Source of the DNA: Bacteroidales bacterium
Lineage (GTDB): Bacteria; Bacteroidota; Bacteroidia; Bacteroidales; Muribaculaceae
NCBI GenBank assembly: GCA_029224905.1
Contig: JAQXVL010000005.1
Coordinates: 1-51,286 of the forward strand
DNA: 51,286 bases
Reading direction: 5' to 3'
Part shown: positions 19,184-28,040 of the stretch, in pieces
Layout of the letters: each line of letters begins with the position of its first letter
Position numbering within the stretch: the stretch's first letter is position 1
Made by a program: the position numbers and the translations under genes
Notes under the pieces: model-generated
Told to the model about the DNA's origin: nothing
The model's database searches: none
The model's input: the letters and a program-made list of their open reading frames with translations, nothing else

Positions 19184-20305
19184 CACGGCGGTATAGATTG
19201 AGCCCTGCTTTGGCGGGACAAGCAACAACGAACCGCCGACGAGTCTGCCTGCTTCGACTTTTGGCGGCATGAGATTTTTGACGTAGTCGATAACAGCATC
19301 GTGCGTTTGTCGGCACGTTATTGTCATCTCGCCGATTCGTCCCGGTGCTAAAATCCTGTCGCCGAGTTTCGACGAGAGAAGTCCCATCGTTGTGCGCAGA
19401 TTGAGTTCCACGCAAGGCATAACCTGTAGACTTCCGTTGTCGAGAAAAGTCATCATATCAACGCCAAGATAACCGCGATACCAATCGGGGACGATTCGCG
19501 AGAGCGCAATTTGCAGTCGCTCGCACAGGCTATCCAAGACCTGTTCGTCAATTTCTTTTAGAAGTATCGATTTCAGTGTCGATGTATCAGCGACAATCGC
19601 TTTTTCGTAAGAAAATCGGTTTCCGTTACTGAAGATTGAATAGCCTTGAAATCGGATGCCTGTTTCGTCCGACCGAAATTCCAGGGCGAAATCCGACTGT
19701 TTGTTCAAAAACTTTTCGCACATCACACTACCCTGCTTCGAAATGATTCCGGCTATCAAATCTTTCGAACGGTCGAACTCGTTGCGATTTACGAGAAACA
19801 CGCCTCGACCGCTGCACGACCATGGGGCTTTAACAACAGTTTCGCCATAGAGCGACACGTAGCGTTGCACGTCGAAAAGCGAAAAGCACTCCGAAGGCAT
19901 AATGCCGCGGTAGCCGATTTCCGACAATATGGCAACCGACGTTCGCCGATGTGACAGTTGGCGAAACTCATCGAGATGAGTCGTGTCGGGAAGAATGGAC
20001 ACGTTCAGACGCTTCAACTCCGACCGAATTGCGCGACTCCAGCCCCATGGCATTGCGTATTCGGCGCCTCGCTCCGACAAATCTATTGCCCCAAGCTGCG
20101 GAAACATCCTGAGATTATCGGCAACGAACGATTCGTTGACCGTGTCGCATTCGGCAATGATAGATGAACCCGAGTCGGCAAACCAAAGAGGAATTAACTG
20201 CAAATCGTTGCGAATCCGGCGAGCCATTTTTGGCGCCGTGTAGTTGTCCGTACCGTTAGCGAGCGCCAAATCGTTGTCGGGATTGAATATGTATGCCGAA
20301 CGCAT
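19169..20305 (-). CDS. Uncharacterised ATP-grasp-like protein (putative ligase), apparently co-transcribed with nspC
   Basis: Four motifs occur in the order expected for an ATP-grasp fold. They are VVKAPWSCSGRGVFLV (Lys plus Gly-rich loop), GSVMCEKFL (hinge Glu), YLGVDMM (metal-binding Asp) and PCVELNLRTTMG (E-x-N-x-R). It starts 3 nt after the nspC stop. Confidence 0.55.
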   Translation of the reverse strand: MRSAYIFNPDNDLALANGTDNYTAPKMARRIRNDLQLIPLWFADSGSSIIAECDTVNESFVADNLRMFPQLGAIDLSERGAEYAMPWGWSRAIRSELKRLNVSILPDTTHLDEFRQLSHRRTSVAILSEIGYRGIMPSECFSLFDVQRYVSLYGETVVKAPWSCSGRGVFLVNRNEFDRSKDLIAGIISKQGSVMCEKFLNKQSDFALEFRSDETGIRFQGYSIFSNGNRFSYEKAIVADTSTLKSILLKEIDEQVLDSLCERLQIALSRIVPDWYRGYLGVDMMTFLDNGSLQVMPCVELNLRTTMGLLSSKLGDRILAPGRIGEMTITCRQTHDAVIDYVKNLMPPKVEAGRLVGGSLLLVPPKQGSIYTAVLTVV

Positions 20306-20308
20306 CTA

Positions 20309-21445
20309 TTAGTCCATTCGATATTTATAATCCAAATAGTCGAACTCTCTCAGTACGACAAGTTCACCGTTTGCCTTTTGCAACACCATTGAAGGATGCT
20401 GAATGCCGTTGAACATATGCGTCTTTACCGTTGTATAATGATTCATATCCTCGAACGTCAGCAAATCGCCGGTCTTAAGAGGCTCGTCGAACGACCAATC
20501 GCCGATAAAATCGCCGCTTAGGCATGAGTTACCGCCAATGCGATATGTCGGCTTTGTATAATCGGGTTCGGCAAGAGCCTCAGTGATGGTCGGCTTGTAG
20601 GGCATCTCCAAGCAATCCGGCATATGGCAAGCAAACGAGGCGTCGATTATCGCCGTTTTAATGCCTTTATGTTCAACAATGTCGAGCACGCGAGCAATCA
20701 AATCGCCTGTGCGCCAAGTAAATGCGCTGCCGGGTTCCATAATGATTTCGAGATTGGGATAGCGTTTATGTAGACCGTTGATAACGCCGACGAGATGGTC
20801 GATGTCGTATCCCGCACGGGTCATCAAATGTCCGCCGCCCATGTTCAGCCACTTGACTTTCGGCAATAAATGTCCGAATTTCGACTCAACACTCTCGAGC
20901 ACTTTCTCCAGGTCGTAAGATGTAGATTCGCAGAGCGCATGGAAATGCAAGCCTTCAACACCTTCGGGAAGTTCCTTAAGCGCATCCGCCGAAACGCCGA
21001 AACGCGACCCGGGCATACACGGATTGTAGATGTCGGTTTCGATTACAGAGCATTCCGGATTGATGCGCAATCCGCAGGAAACACGGTCGGGATGTGTGGC
21101 GTTATAAGACTCTACCAAATCGCGATATTTTGTATATTGAGCAACTGAGTTGAACGTAATATGCGAACAACCTTTGACAAATTCCTCAATTGTATCATCG
21201 GTATAAACCGGGCAATAGGCATGGACTTCGCCGCCCAACTTTTCGAGCGAAAGATGCATCTCGTTCAGCGAACTGGCTGTTGAGGCTCGGCAATATTCGG
21301 ATATGATGTCGAACGTCTTCCAAAGTGCATTGGCTTTGAATGCCATAATGATTTTCACATCGGCGCGTTTCGACACACTGCTGATAAGCTCGAGATTATT
21401 ACGCAGTTTGTTTTCGTAGACAATATAATAAGGTGTTTTTATCAT
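20309..21445 (-). CDS. nspC: Carboxynorspermidine/carboxyspermidine decarboxylase
   Basis: 378 aa, N-terminus TPYYIVYENKLRNN. PLP-dependent fold III decarboxylase layout (AFKAN, GLHFHALCE, NMGGGH, EPG, GNSCLSGD). Confidence 0.9.
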   Translation of the reverse strand: MIKTPYYIVYENKLRNNLELISSVSKRADVKIIMAFKANALWKTFDIISEYCRASTASSLNEMHLSLEKLGGEVHAYCPVYTDDTIEEFVKGCSHITFNSVAQYTKYRDLVESYNATHPDRVSCGLRINPECSVIETDIYNPCMPGSRFGVSADALKELPEGVEGLHFHALCESTSYDLEKVLESVESKFGHLLPKVKWLNMGGGHLMTRAGYDIDHLVGVINGLHKRYPNLEIIMEPGSAFTWRTGDLIARVLDIVEHKGIKTAIIDASFACHMPDCLEMPYKPTITEALAEPDYTKPTYRIGGNSCLSGDFIGDWSFDEPLKTGDLLTFEDMNHYTTVKTHMFNGIQHPSMVLQKANGELVVLREFDYLDYKYRMD

Positions 21446-21453
21446 AACTATAA

Positions 21454-23688
21454 TTAATCAACTATTTGAAGACGAGCATAATTAGTAAGAAGAGTTTTCA
21501 AACCTACCGATTCAAAATCGACGATGATTTTCGTACCACCGATTTTGTGTTCTACGGTTTGAACCGTTCCTTTTCCGAATTTTTCGTGAACGACGATTAG
21601 ACCCTCCTTGAATGTTGATGGAGGAAAAATCGCAAACGCAGAAGCACCGGATGCGTTGGTTTGCTGCATCGACAGCATGGAAGGTTGCTTTGAGTACGTT
21701 TGCTTTTTGGCGGCATACATATAAGATTTGCCGTATGGGAAGACCAGATATTCCGGAGCAAAGTCGTTGATAAACTGACTTCGGCGCGGATAGATGACAG
21801 TGCCATTGCGAAAACGCGTGCGGCAATATGAGAGCGTACATTTCTTCATTGCGCGAGTCACAGCAACGTATAGCAGACGGCGTTCCTCTTCCAATTCCGC
21901 GGGATTGACCGAACTTTTGCGTAATGGGAACAAATCTTCTTCGAGCCCGACAATATATACATTTTTAAATTCCAAGCCTTTTGCCGAATGGATGGTCATA
22001 AGAAGCACACTGTCGTCGGAAACCACGTCGTCCTGCGATGTCAAAAGCGACACCTTCGACAAGAAATCTTCCATCTCGGTCGACTCATTGTCTGCCGATT
22101 GCTCGACAAATTCTTGCACAGCCGACAAAAGTGCATCGAGATTTTCTATTTTGCTTATGTTTTCGGGGATGTTTGTCGACTGCAACGAACTACGGATGGC
22201 GGTATCGTCGAAAATAACGGTTGCCAATTCGTATGCGTTCATCGTTTCCGACAGGACGACAAACTTTTCTATCAATCTTCTGAAATTCAGTAGTTTTGCG
22301 ATTGTTCCGGAATTAAATAGCGAACCGTAATGCTCAATCGACAATAGCACCTTCCAAATGCTCGTCGACGCGATACCGGCTTGGCGGCGAAGTTTCTCAA
22401 TGGTCGTATCCCCTATCCCACGCTGCGGAAAGTTGATGATTTTGCAAATCGCTTCATCGTCTTCGGGATTTACTGCCAGACGAAAATACGACAAAGCATC
22501 TTTTACTTCTTTGCGCTGATAAAAAGCCTGTCCGCCGATGATGCGGTAGGGAATATCGCACTTGCGCAAACCTTCTTCGAGAGCTCGCGACTGAGCATTG
22601 GTGCGATAAAGGATTGCAAAATCGCTGTATTTGCAGCCTTGGCGCATTTTGTCGGCAAATATGCGCTTTGCCACGGTCGTACCTTCGTCGATTTCCGACG
22701 CAGCTTCGACCACCGGGATTCGTTCGCCGGTCTCGTTTTCGGAATAAACCGTCTTTGGGAGGCGATTACGATTCTTGGCAATCAGACTGTTAGCGGCTTC
22801 GACGATTATCTTCGACGAACGATAGTTGCGCTCGAGTTTGAATAATTGCAAAGCGCCGAATTGCTTTTGCAAGCCGATTATGTTGTTGATATTCGCGCCG
22901 CGGAAAGCGTAGATGCTTTGAGCGTCGTCGCCGACAGCAAAAAGCGTAGCGCCACCGTCGACGCAGAGTTGCCGCACAAGTAGATGTTGGGCAAAATTGG
23001 TGTCTTGATACTCATCGACAAGAATGTAGCGAAATTTCTTGCGGTATTCGTCTCTGACTTCCGGGAAATCGCGAAACAAAATATTCGAATAGAGCAAGAT
23101 GTCGTCAAAATCCATAGCGCCCGACAATCGGCAACGATTTTGGTATTTGGCATAAATCGTACCGATGCTCGGCATGCCGTTGTTCAAATCACGGTTACGC
23201 ACCGCAGTGTTGTAACAATAATCTTCGGGCGTAATCAATCGGTTTTTTGCGTGCGAGATAGCATTGGCAATGTCTTTTATCGGATAAGTCTTCTCGTCGA
23301 GAGCGAGTTCTTTGATTATCGACTTTATCAGGCTTTTCGAGTCGGACGAGTCGTAGATGGTAAATTTTGAATTGAAGCCGATTTTCTGCGCGTGAATTCT
23401 AAGTATGCGAAGAAAAACGGAATGGAATGTCCCCATCCAAATTTTCGCAGCAGCTTCGTTGCCTACAAGGCCGGAAATACGCTGCTTCATCTCGTTGGCG
23501 GCTTTGTTGGTAAACGTAAGCGCCATAATGCTATCCGGAGTTAATCCGCTGTCTAAGAGATACATAATTTTGCAAGTCAGCACTCTGGTTTTACCCGAGC
23601 CAGCACCTGCAATGACGAGCGAATGACCGCCGGAATAGACTACCGCATCGCGCTGTTGCGCATTAAGATTATCTAAATATTCTGCCAT
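21454..23688 (-). CDS. UvrD/Rep/PcrA-family ATP-dependent DNA helicase
   Basis: Motifs LNAQQRDAV, AGAGSGKTRVLT (Walker A), LTFTNKAA, VDEYQDTN, GDDAQSIYAFRGA, YRS, MTIHSAKGLEF and YVAVTRA. A C-terminal Tudor-like tail is present (VVHEKFGKGTV). The start is taken at MAEYLD (23688), directly after the upstream stop. The ORF track extends to 23742. Confidence 0.9.
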   Translation of the reverse strand: MAEYLDNLNAQQRDAVVYSGGHSLVIAGAGSGKTRVLTCKIMYLLDSGLTPDSIMALTFTNKAANEMKQRISGLVGNEAAAKIWMGTFHSVFLRILRIHAQKIGFNSKFTIYDSSDSKSLIKSIIKELALDEKTYPIKDIANAISHAKNRLITPEDYCYNTAVRNRDLNNGMPSIGTIYAKYQNRCRLSGAMDFDDILLYSNILFRDFPEVRDEYRKKFRYILVDEYQDTNFAQHLLVRQLCVDGGATLFAVGDDAQSIYAFRGANINNIIGLQKQFGALQLFKLERNYRSSKIIVEAANSLIAKNRNRLPKTVYSENETGERIPVVEAASEIDEGTTVAKRIFADKMRQGCKYSDFAILYRTNAQSRALEEGLRKCDIPYRIIGGQAFYQRKEVKDALSYFRLAVNPEDDEAICKIINFPQRGIGDTTIEKLRRQAGIASTSIWKVLLSIEHYGSLFNSGTIAKLLNFRRLIEKFVVLSETMNAYELATVIFDDTAIRSSLQSTNIPENISKIENLDALLSAVQEFVEQSADNESTEMEDFLSKVSLLTSQDDVVSDDSVLLMTIHSAKGLEFKNVYIVGLEEDLFPLRKSSVNPAELEEERRLLYVAVTRAMKKCTLSYCRTRFRNGTVIYPRRSQFINDFAPEYLVFPYGKSYMYAAKKQTYSKQPSMLSMQQTNASGASAFAIFPPSTFKEGLIVVHEKFGKGTVQTVEHKIGGTKIIVDFESVGLKTLLTNYARLQIVD

Positions 23689-23690
23689 AT

Positions 23691-24149
23691 CTACTGTTTC
23701 AGCATTTCTTCGTAAGACGGAATCCCGTTGACAAACAGACACTTATTGTTTTCATAATCGTTTCGACAACAGTATGTTTTGATTCCGTTAGTAACAATCA
23801 AGTATTTAACTTTCAGCACCGTGTTATATCGATAAATTTGGTCAAAAACGCGTTGAGTGATTGTAATATGCGGTGCTTTGTATTCAATAATAGTCAACGG
23901 TTCGCCGTTTCGATCGAGAATAACAGTATCGCAACGACGCTTGATTCCATTCTGAACGATACCGATTTCGTTACAAATCAAGCCGCCGGGGAAAAGCATA
24001 TCAACGGTTAAGAATTCAATAAAGCGCTGACGGACGTCTTCCTCGGGAGTGTATGCTACATATTTTTTTCTCAATTTATCATATACCTCAATCATTCCGG
24101 TCGGCGTTTTGCGCAATCGTAAGGTGTATTTTGATAAATTAATCTCCAT
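23691..24149 (-). CDS. Stand-alone type I restriction enzyme HsdR N-terminal (PD-(D/E)xK nuclease-like) domain protein
   Basis: 152 aa. The core ..CDTVILDRNGEPLTIIEYKAP.. fits a D...E-x-K nuclease motif and the HSDR_N_2-type layout. There is no helicase, methylase or specificity partner other than the adjacent UvrD-like gene. Confidence 0.65.
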   Translation of the reverse strand: MEINLSKYTLRLRKTPTGMIEVYDKLRKKYVAYTPEEDVRQRFIEFLTVDMLFPGGLICNEIGIVQNGIKRRCDTVILDRNGEPLTIIEYKAPHITITQRVFDQIYRYNTVLKVKYLIVTNGIKTYCCRNDYENNKCLFVNGIPSYEEMLKQ

Positions 24150-24211
24150 TTTTGTTCTTTAATCGATATTTTATTGTAAATTTACTACAAATTTGAGAAC
24201 TGACAAAATCT

Positions 24212-25276
24212 ATGGCAAAAACTGAGACAAATTCGCTACAACAGATAGAACAAGACATCAAGAAGAAAAAATTCTCGCCGATTTATCTACTATCTGGCGA
24301 GGAGGCGTTCTACATTGACCGAATCACTGATTTGATTGTCGCCAACGGACTGAGTGAAGACGAGCGTGACTTCAACTTGTCGATTCGATACGGTAGCGAT
24401 GTAAAAATGTCGGAGATTGTTCTCAATTGTCGGCAATATCCGATGATGGCTGAGCGCCAAATCGTTGTGCTAAAGGAAGCACAGGTTTGGAAAAGTATGC
24501 CCGGTGTGAACGAGAAAAAAGAATTCGAAATTCTTGAATCGTATGCCAAGAGTCCCACGCCTACGACAATCTTGGTCGTGTGCTATAAAGGTGCAACACT
24601 CAAGTCGGCAGGTCTGACAAAAGCGTTGACAAAAACGATCGTGAACGGAGCGCCTGCAGGAACGATTTTCGAATCGAAAGCGTTGACCGACTATAACATC
24701 TCGGGCGCTGTCGCCCAATATGTTCGTCTGGTCGGATGTACAATCGAAGAAAAAGCTCAGGCTATGCTGATTGAGCATATCGGCAACAACATGTCGAATA
24801 TTGCTAAAGAAATCGACAAACTAAAACTGATTTCGCCCAACAACACACGGATTACCGCCGACATGATTGAGAAGAATATCGGTTTCAGCAAAGATTACAA
24901 CAACTTCGAATTCACCAAAGCCATAGCGTCGCGCAACTACGAAAAGGCTTTTAAGATTGTCGACTACTTCAAAAGCAATTCCAAAAATAATCCGACAGCC
25001 GTAACAACTTCGATTCTATTCAACCTGTTTTCAAACGCACTGATTGCCTACTATGCTCGAACCACCGATGAACGCGTCTTGACGGAACTACTGCGCTTCA
25101 AAACGCCCTATCAACTTCGCGACGTTCGCCTTGCGATGTCGAACTACAACGCTCGGCAAGTGTTCAACACGATATGCCTGCTTCGCGAATTCGACACCAA
25201 AAGCAAAGGCGTGGGTTCCGCTCAGAACGAATACGACTTGCTTACGGAATTGTGCTTTAAAATTTTCAGTTGCTAA
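24212..25276 (+). CDS. holA: DNA polymerase III subunit delta
   Basis: 354 aa. The N-terminus ..KKKKFSPIYLLSGEEAFYID is typical of HolA. A three-domain alpha-rich architecture follows, with ..EIDKL.. in the middle. Confidence 0.85.
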   Translation: MAKTETNSLQQIEQDIKKKKFSPIYLLSGEEAFYIDRITDLIVANGLSEDERDFNLSIRYGSDVKMSEIVLNCRQYPMMAERQIVVLKEAQVWKSMPGVNEKKEFEILESYAKSPTPTTILVVCYKGATLKSAGLTKALTKTIVNGAPAGTIFESKALTDYNISGAVAQYVRLVGCTIEEKAQAMLIEHIGNNMSNIAKEIDKLKLISPNNTRITADMIEKNIGFSKDYNNFEFTKAIASRNYEKAFKIVDYFKSNSKNNPTAVTTSILFNLFSNALIAYYARTTDERVLTELLRFKTPYQLRDVRLAMSNYNARQVFNTICLLREFDTKSKGVGSAQNEYDLLTELCFKIFSC

Positions 25277-25450
25277 CCTGCATTATTCATACTGTTCCGT
25301 TACGAAAGGGCTAAATGGCAATGCATTAGCGTGAGCACAGCGATGACGATGCAGAATGTAGTAAACCCTACCTTCAAAGAGGAAGAGCGAGCATTGCGCT
25401 AAGGCGTTGTCAGTTAGTCCTTGCAGTAGGAAAAGTATGAATAATGTAGG
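25277..25450 (+). ncRNA. Candidate structured small RNA (174 nt, rod-like; possibly 6S/SsrS-like or a holA 3'UTR-derived sRNA)
   Basis: It fills the whole gap between the holA stop (25274-76) and the batE stop (25451-53). The terminal 22-nt arms 25277-25298 / 25429-25450 pair with one G-U and one mismatch. An inner 26-position helix 25306-25331 / 25397-25422 pairs with 3 G-U and 2 mismatches. All 4 wobble pairs are G-U on the + strand and would be C-A on the - strand. Confidence 0.45.
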
Positions 25451-26230
25451 TTATATCTTCTCGATTTCCGTACCGGCAATCCAGGCTTGATGCGCATCGT
25501 CGGTCTTGACGTTGTACCACATCACCTCGCCTTTATCGGTTTTCACTTGCAACGAATCAACGATTTGCAATTTTACGCCGCTGTGTAGCGTAAATGCCTC
25601 TTCCGACTTGTTCTGCGCTTCGCGCGGAGAAGTGCTGAGCGTGGCGGTTTCGCTCATCAGAATTGCGTAGCCGCTATCGGTGATTGCATTCGCCGTGCGG
25701 AAAGCAATTACATTGGCAACAACACACACCACAATCATCACGATACCGCCGAAGAAGCCGACTTTTCGGAGTAATACATTACCGTTGAAAATATACAAAG
25801 CGGCAGCGCCGAGAATCAGCAAAAACGAAATAATTGCAATAATAGCCCACCCGTTGAACGTCGTCATATTTGAAAGTTTCGTGCCAAACGAAACCAAAAT
25901 ATCCTCGTCGTTTGAAGCGTGGTCGACTAATTTTGAATTGGCAAACTCCAAATTGTTTTGCGCTTCCTCATTGTTCGGATTGAGAAGTAATGCACGCTCG
26001 TAGCAGAGGATGGCTTTAGCGGGATAGCCCGACTTGTAATAAGCATTACCCAAATTGTAGTAAAGGTCGGACGAAACTTCGCCGCCTGCGAGAATTTCGT
26101 TATATATATCAACCGCTTCGCTGTATTGGTCTTGAGAATACGATTTGAAAGCCTTATCCGCCAACTCGTCTGACGCATAAGATGTGAAAAGCATTCCCAA
26201 TGCAGCAATTATAAGAATAAAGCGCTTCAT
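25451..26230 (-). CDS. batE: BatE-like TPR plus SH3-like domain membrane protein (aerotolerance operon)
   Basis: Signal peptide, TPR repeats (..YYNLGNAYYKSGYPAKAILCYERALLLNP..), two TM helices and a C-terminal SH3b-like segment. It is the last gene of the Bat cluster. Confidence 0.8.
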   Translation of the reverse strand: MKRFILIIAALGMLFTSYASDELADKAFKSYSQDQYSEAVDIYNEILAGGEVSSDLYYNLGNAYYKSGYPAKAILCYERALLLNPNNEEAQNNLEFANSKLVDHASNDEDILVSFGTKLSNMTTFNGWAIIAIISFLLILGAAALYIFNGNVLLRKVGFFGGIVMIVVCVVANVIAFRTANAITDSGYAILMSETATLSTSPREAQNKSEEAFTLHSGVKLQIVDSLQVKTDKGEVMWYNVKTDDAHQAWIAGTEIEKI

Positions 26231-26231
26231 A

Positions 26232-28025
26232 TTATTTCTTTTTTACGTTTTCAATTTTGTTAATAAGTTCGCAAGCCTCATTGTAGACGGTAGCCATATC
26301 CGAATCGTCGTTCATGCTTGAATAGCGAGCAAATTCGCATTGGTCAAGTGTTGCAATAACGCTTTCAGTAGAGGCATCGTCGGCTCCGTATTTTTCGAGT
26401 TCCGACTTGATATTATCGCGGTTAAGCTCCGAAACCGGTATTGTAAGTTTGTCGCTGAGATAGCCCCAGATTGCGCGTAAGAGTTCTTCGTAGAATTCGT
26501 CACGCTTGTTCTTCGCCATAAGGCTGCGTGCCGTTTTCAGTCGGCGATTTGCCACCTTGTTTGCTTTCTTGGTCTTCATAAGTGCAACGTTTGCTCTTTG
26601 CTTGATGAGCTTGCGATAGAAGAACAAGACGAACACAAAAGCACACAGCGGGAGCAGGTATGCAATCAGATACCATACGTTATTTACTATTATATAGTTT
26701 CCGCTCATAAGCGAAAGGTTGCCTTTCTTGACAAACAAGATGTCGTTGTGTTGGCTTACCTCTCTCCCCGACGTTCCCGAGCCTTTTGCCACATTGACGG
26801 CATAGCCGCCAACTTTGATTTGCTCATACTTTTTGGTAGCGATGTTGAATACGGAGAACGTTATCGGCTCGATATTGAATTTTCCAACATATTGCGGCAC
26901 GAAAGCATAGTCGATGGTCACGCTTCCGGTAAGCGAATTGCCCGACGGATTTGCTTTGACGTCGACTTGCGGGTCATAAACGTCGAATTGCGACGGGAAG
27001 GTGATGGTCGGTGTTTTTATGTTCTTCACATTACCCGAACCTTTGATAACCAATCTTACGGCACCCGATTCGTTGGTTTTCAGGTTGTCGTTGACCAACG
27101 ATGCCGACGCTGTGAAATTGCCGACTGCGCCGCAGAAGTCTGCCGGACGCGGCTCCGGAAGCGGCAGAATGTTAATGCTTGCGCTGTTGGATTTAACCTT
27201 AATTTGCTTCTCAACCGGACGGCGAATCATACCGAACATACTGCGAACGGTCTCGTATTGAATCACCGTCAAATCGTAGTTGCCCGAGGTAATGGTCAGT
27301 TTTCCTGATTGCTGCGGGAACAAAATGCATTGTTTCAAGTCGGCAACCATATAATTCTCACCGTTATAGTTTTCGATACGATTTATGCTCGAAGTGATTG
27401 GCAATTCTTGCGAAATAAATCCGTTGAACGAAGGCTGCAAAGTGGGCATAAACTGCTGGATATTGTATTTCGTATACAACTTGATGGTACACGAAAGCCC
27501 TTCTTGTTCGTAGGCTTGACTTTTCGACAAGATGATTCGAACAAAGACGTCGTTTTTATTAACCGATTTATCGGAAGTTTGTGTATCTATATCATAAACT
27601 TGAACGCTTTGCGTCTGCTGTTGCTGGTTGTGGGCTTGCGCCGATTTGTCGGGCGGCAACACCTGAATCTGGAAAGGCTTTGTCGACATCTGCTTTCCGT
27701 TGACGGTTATTATAGCGGCGCCCACGCTATACGTGCCGGCAGCCTCCGCTTTGTATGTCATCGTATACGATTCCGACGAACTTTGAGAGACTTTGCCGTT
27801 GATGTTATAACTGCTCATACTTTGAGACACCGACGGACCGTAAAGGAATTTACAGCCCTTTACGTCGGGAGCCTTGAAGCCCGAGCCGGAAGCATTTTCG
27901 AGTACATAAGTTATGTTAAACTTATTGCCTTGGATAACTTGTCGCGGAGCATTTACCGAGAAAGATGCTCCCAACACGGTTAGTGAAGTCGTTATCGTTA
28001 GAAATAGAAACAGACGTCTAAGCAT
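26232..28025 (-). CDS. batD: BatD-like oxygen tolerance protein
   Basis: 597 aa. Signal peptide, a long beta-rich extracytoplasmic region, a single TM helix near residue ~455 (YLIAYLLPLCAFVFVLFF) and a cytoplasmic helical tail. Its position between batC and batE fits. Confidence 0.8.
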   Translation of the reverse strand: MLRRLFLFLTITTSLTVLGASFSVNAPRQVIQGNKFNITYVLENASGSGFKAPDVKGCKFLYGPSVSQSMSSYNINGKVSQSSSESYTMTYKAEAAGTYSVGAAIITVNGKQMSTKPFQIQVLPPDKSAQAHNQQQQTQSVQVYDIDTQTSDKSVNKNDVFVRIILSKSQAYEQEGLSCTIKLYTKYNIQQFMPTLQPSFNGFISQELPITSSINRIENYNGENYMVADLKQCILFPQQSGKLTITSGNYDLTVIQYETVRSMFGMIRRPVEKQIKVKSNSASINILPLPEPRPADFCGAVGNFTASASLVNDNLKTNESGAVRLVIKGSGNVKNIKTPTITFPSQFDVYDPQVDVKANPSGNSLTGSVTIDYAFVPQYVGKFNIEPITFSVFNIATKKYEQIKVGGYAVNVAKGSGTSGREVSQHNDILFVKKGNLSLMSGNYIIVNNVWYLIAYLLPLCAFVFVLFFYRKLIKQRANVALMKTKKANKVANRRLKTARSLMAKNKRDEFYEELLRAIWGYLSDKLTIPVSELNRDNIKSELEKYGADDASTESVIATLDQCEFARYSSMNDDSDMATVYNEACELINKIENVKKK

Positions 28026-28040
28026 AGTTCAAAAATATAG

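Noticed and set aside
23691-24149. The HsdR_N domain gene as evidence of a type I restriction-modification system.
   Set aside because: No hsdM or hsdS genes and no full-length hsdR motor domains are in the window. This small stand-alone domain protein is not an R-M system on its own.
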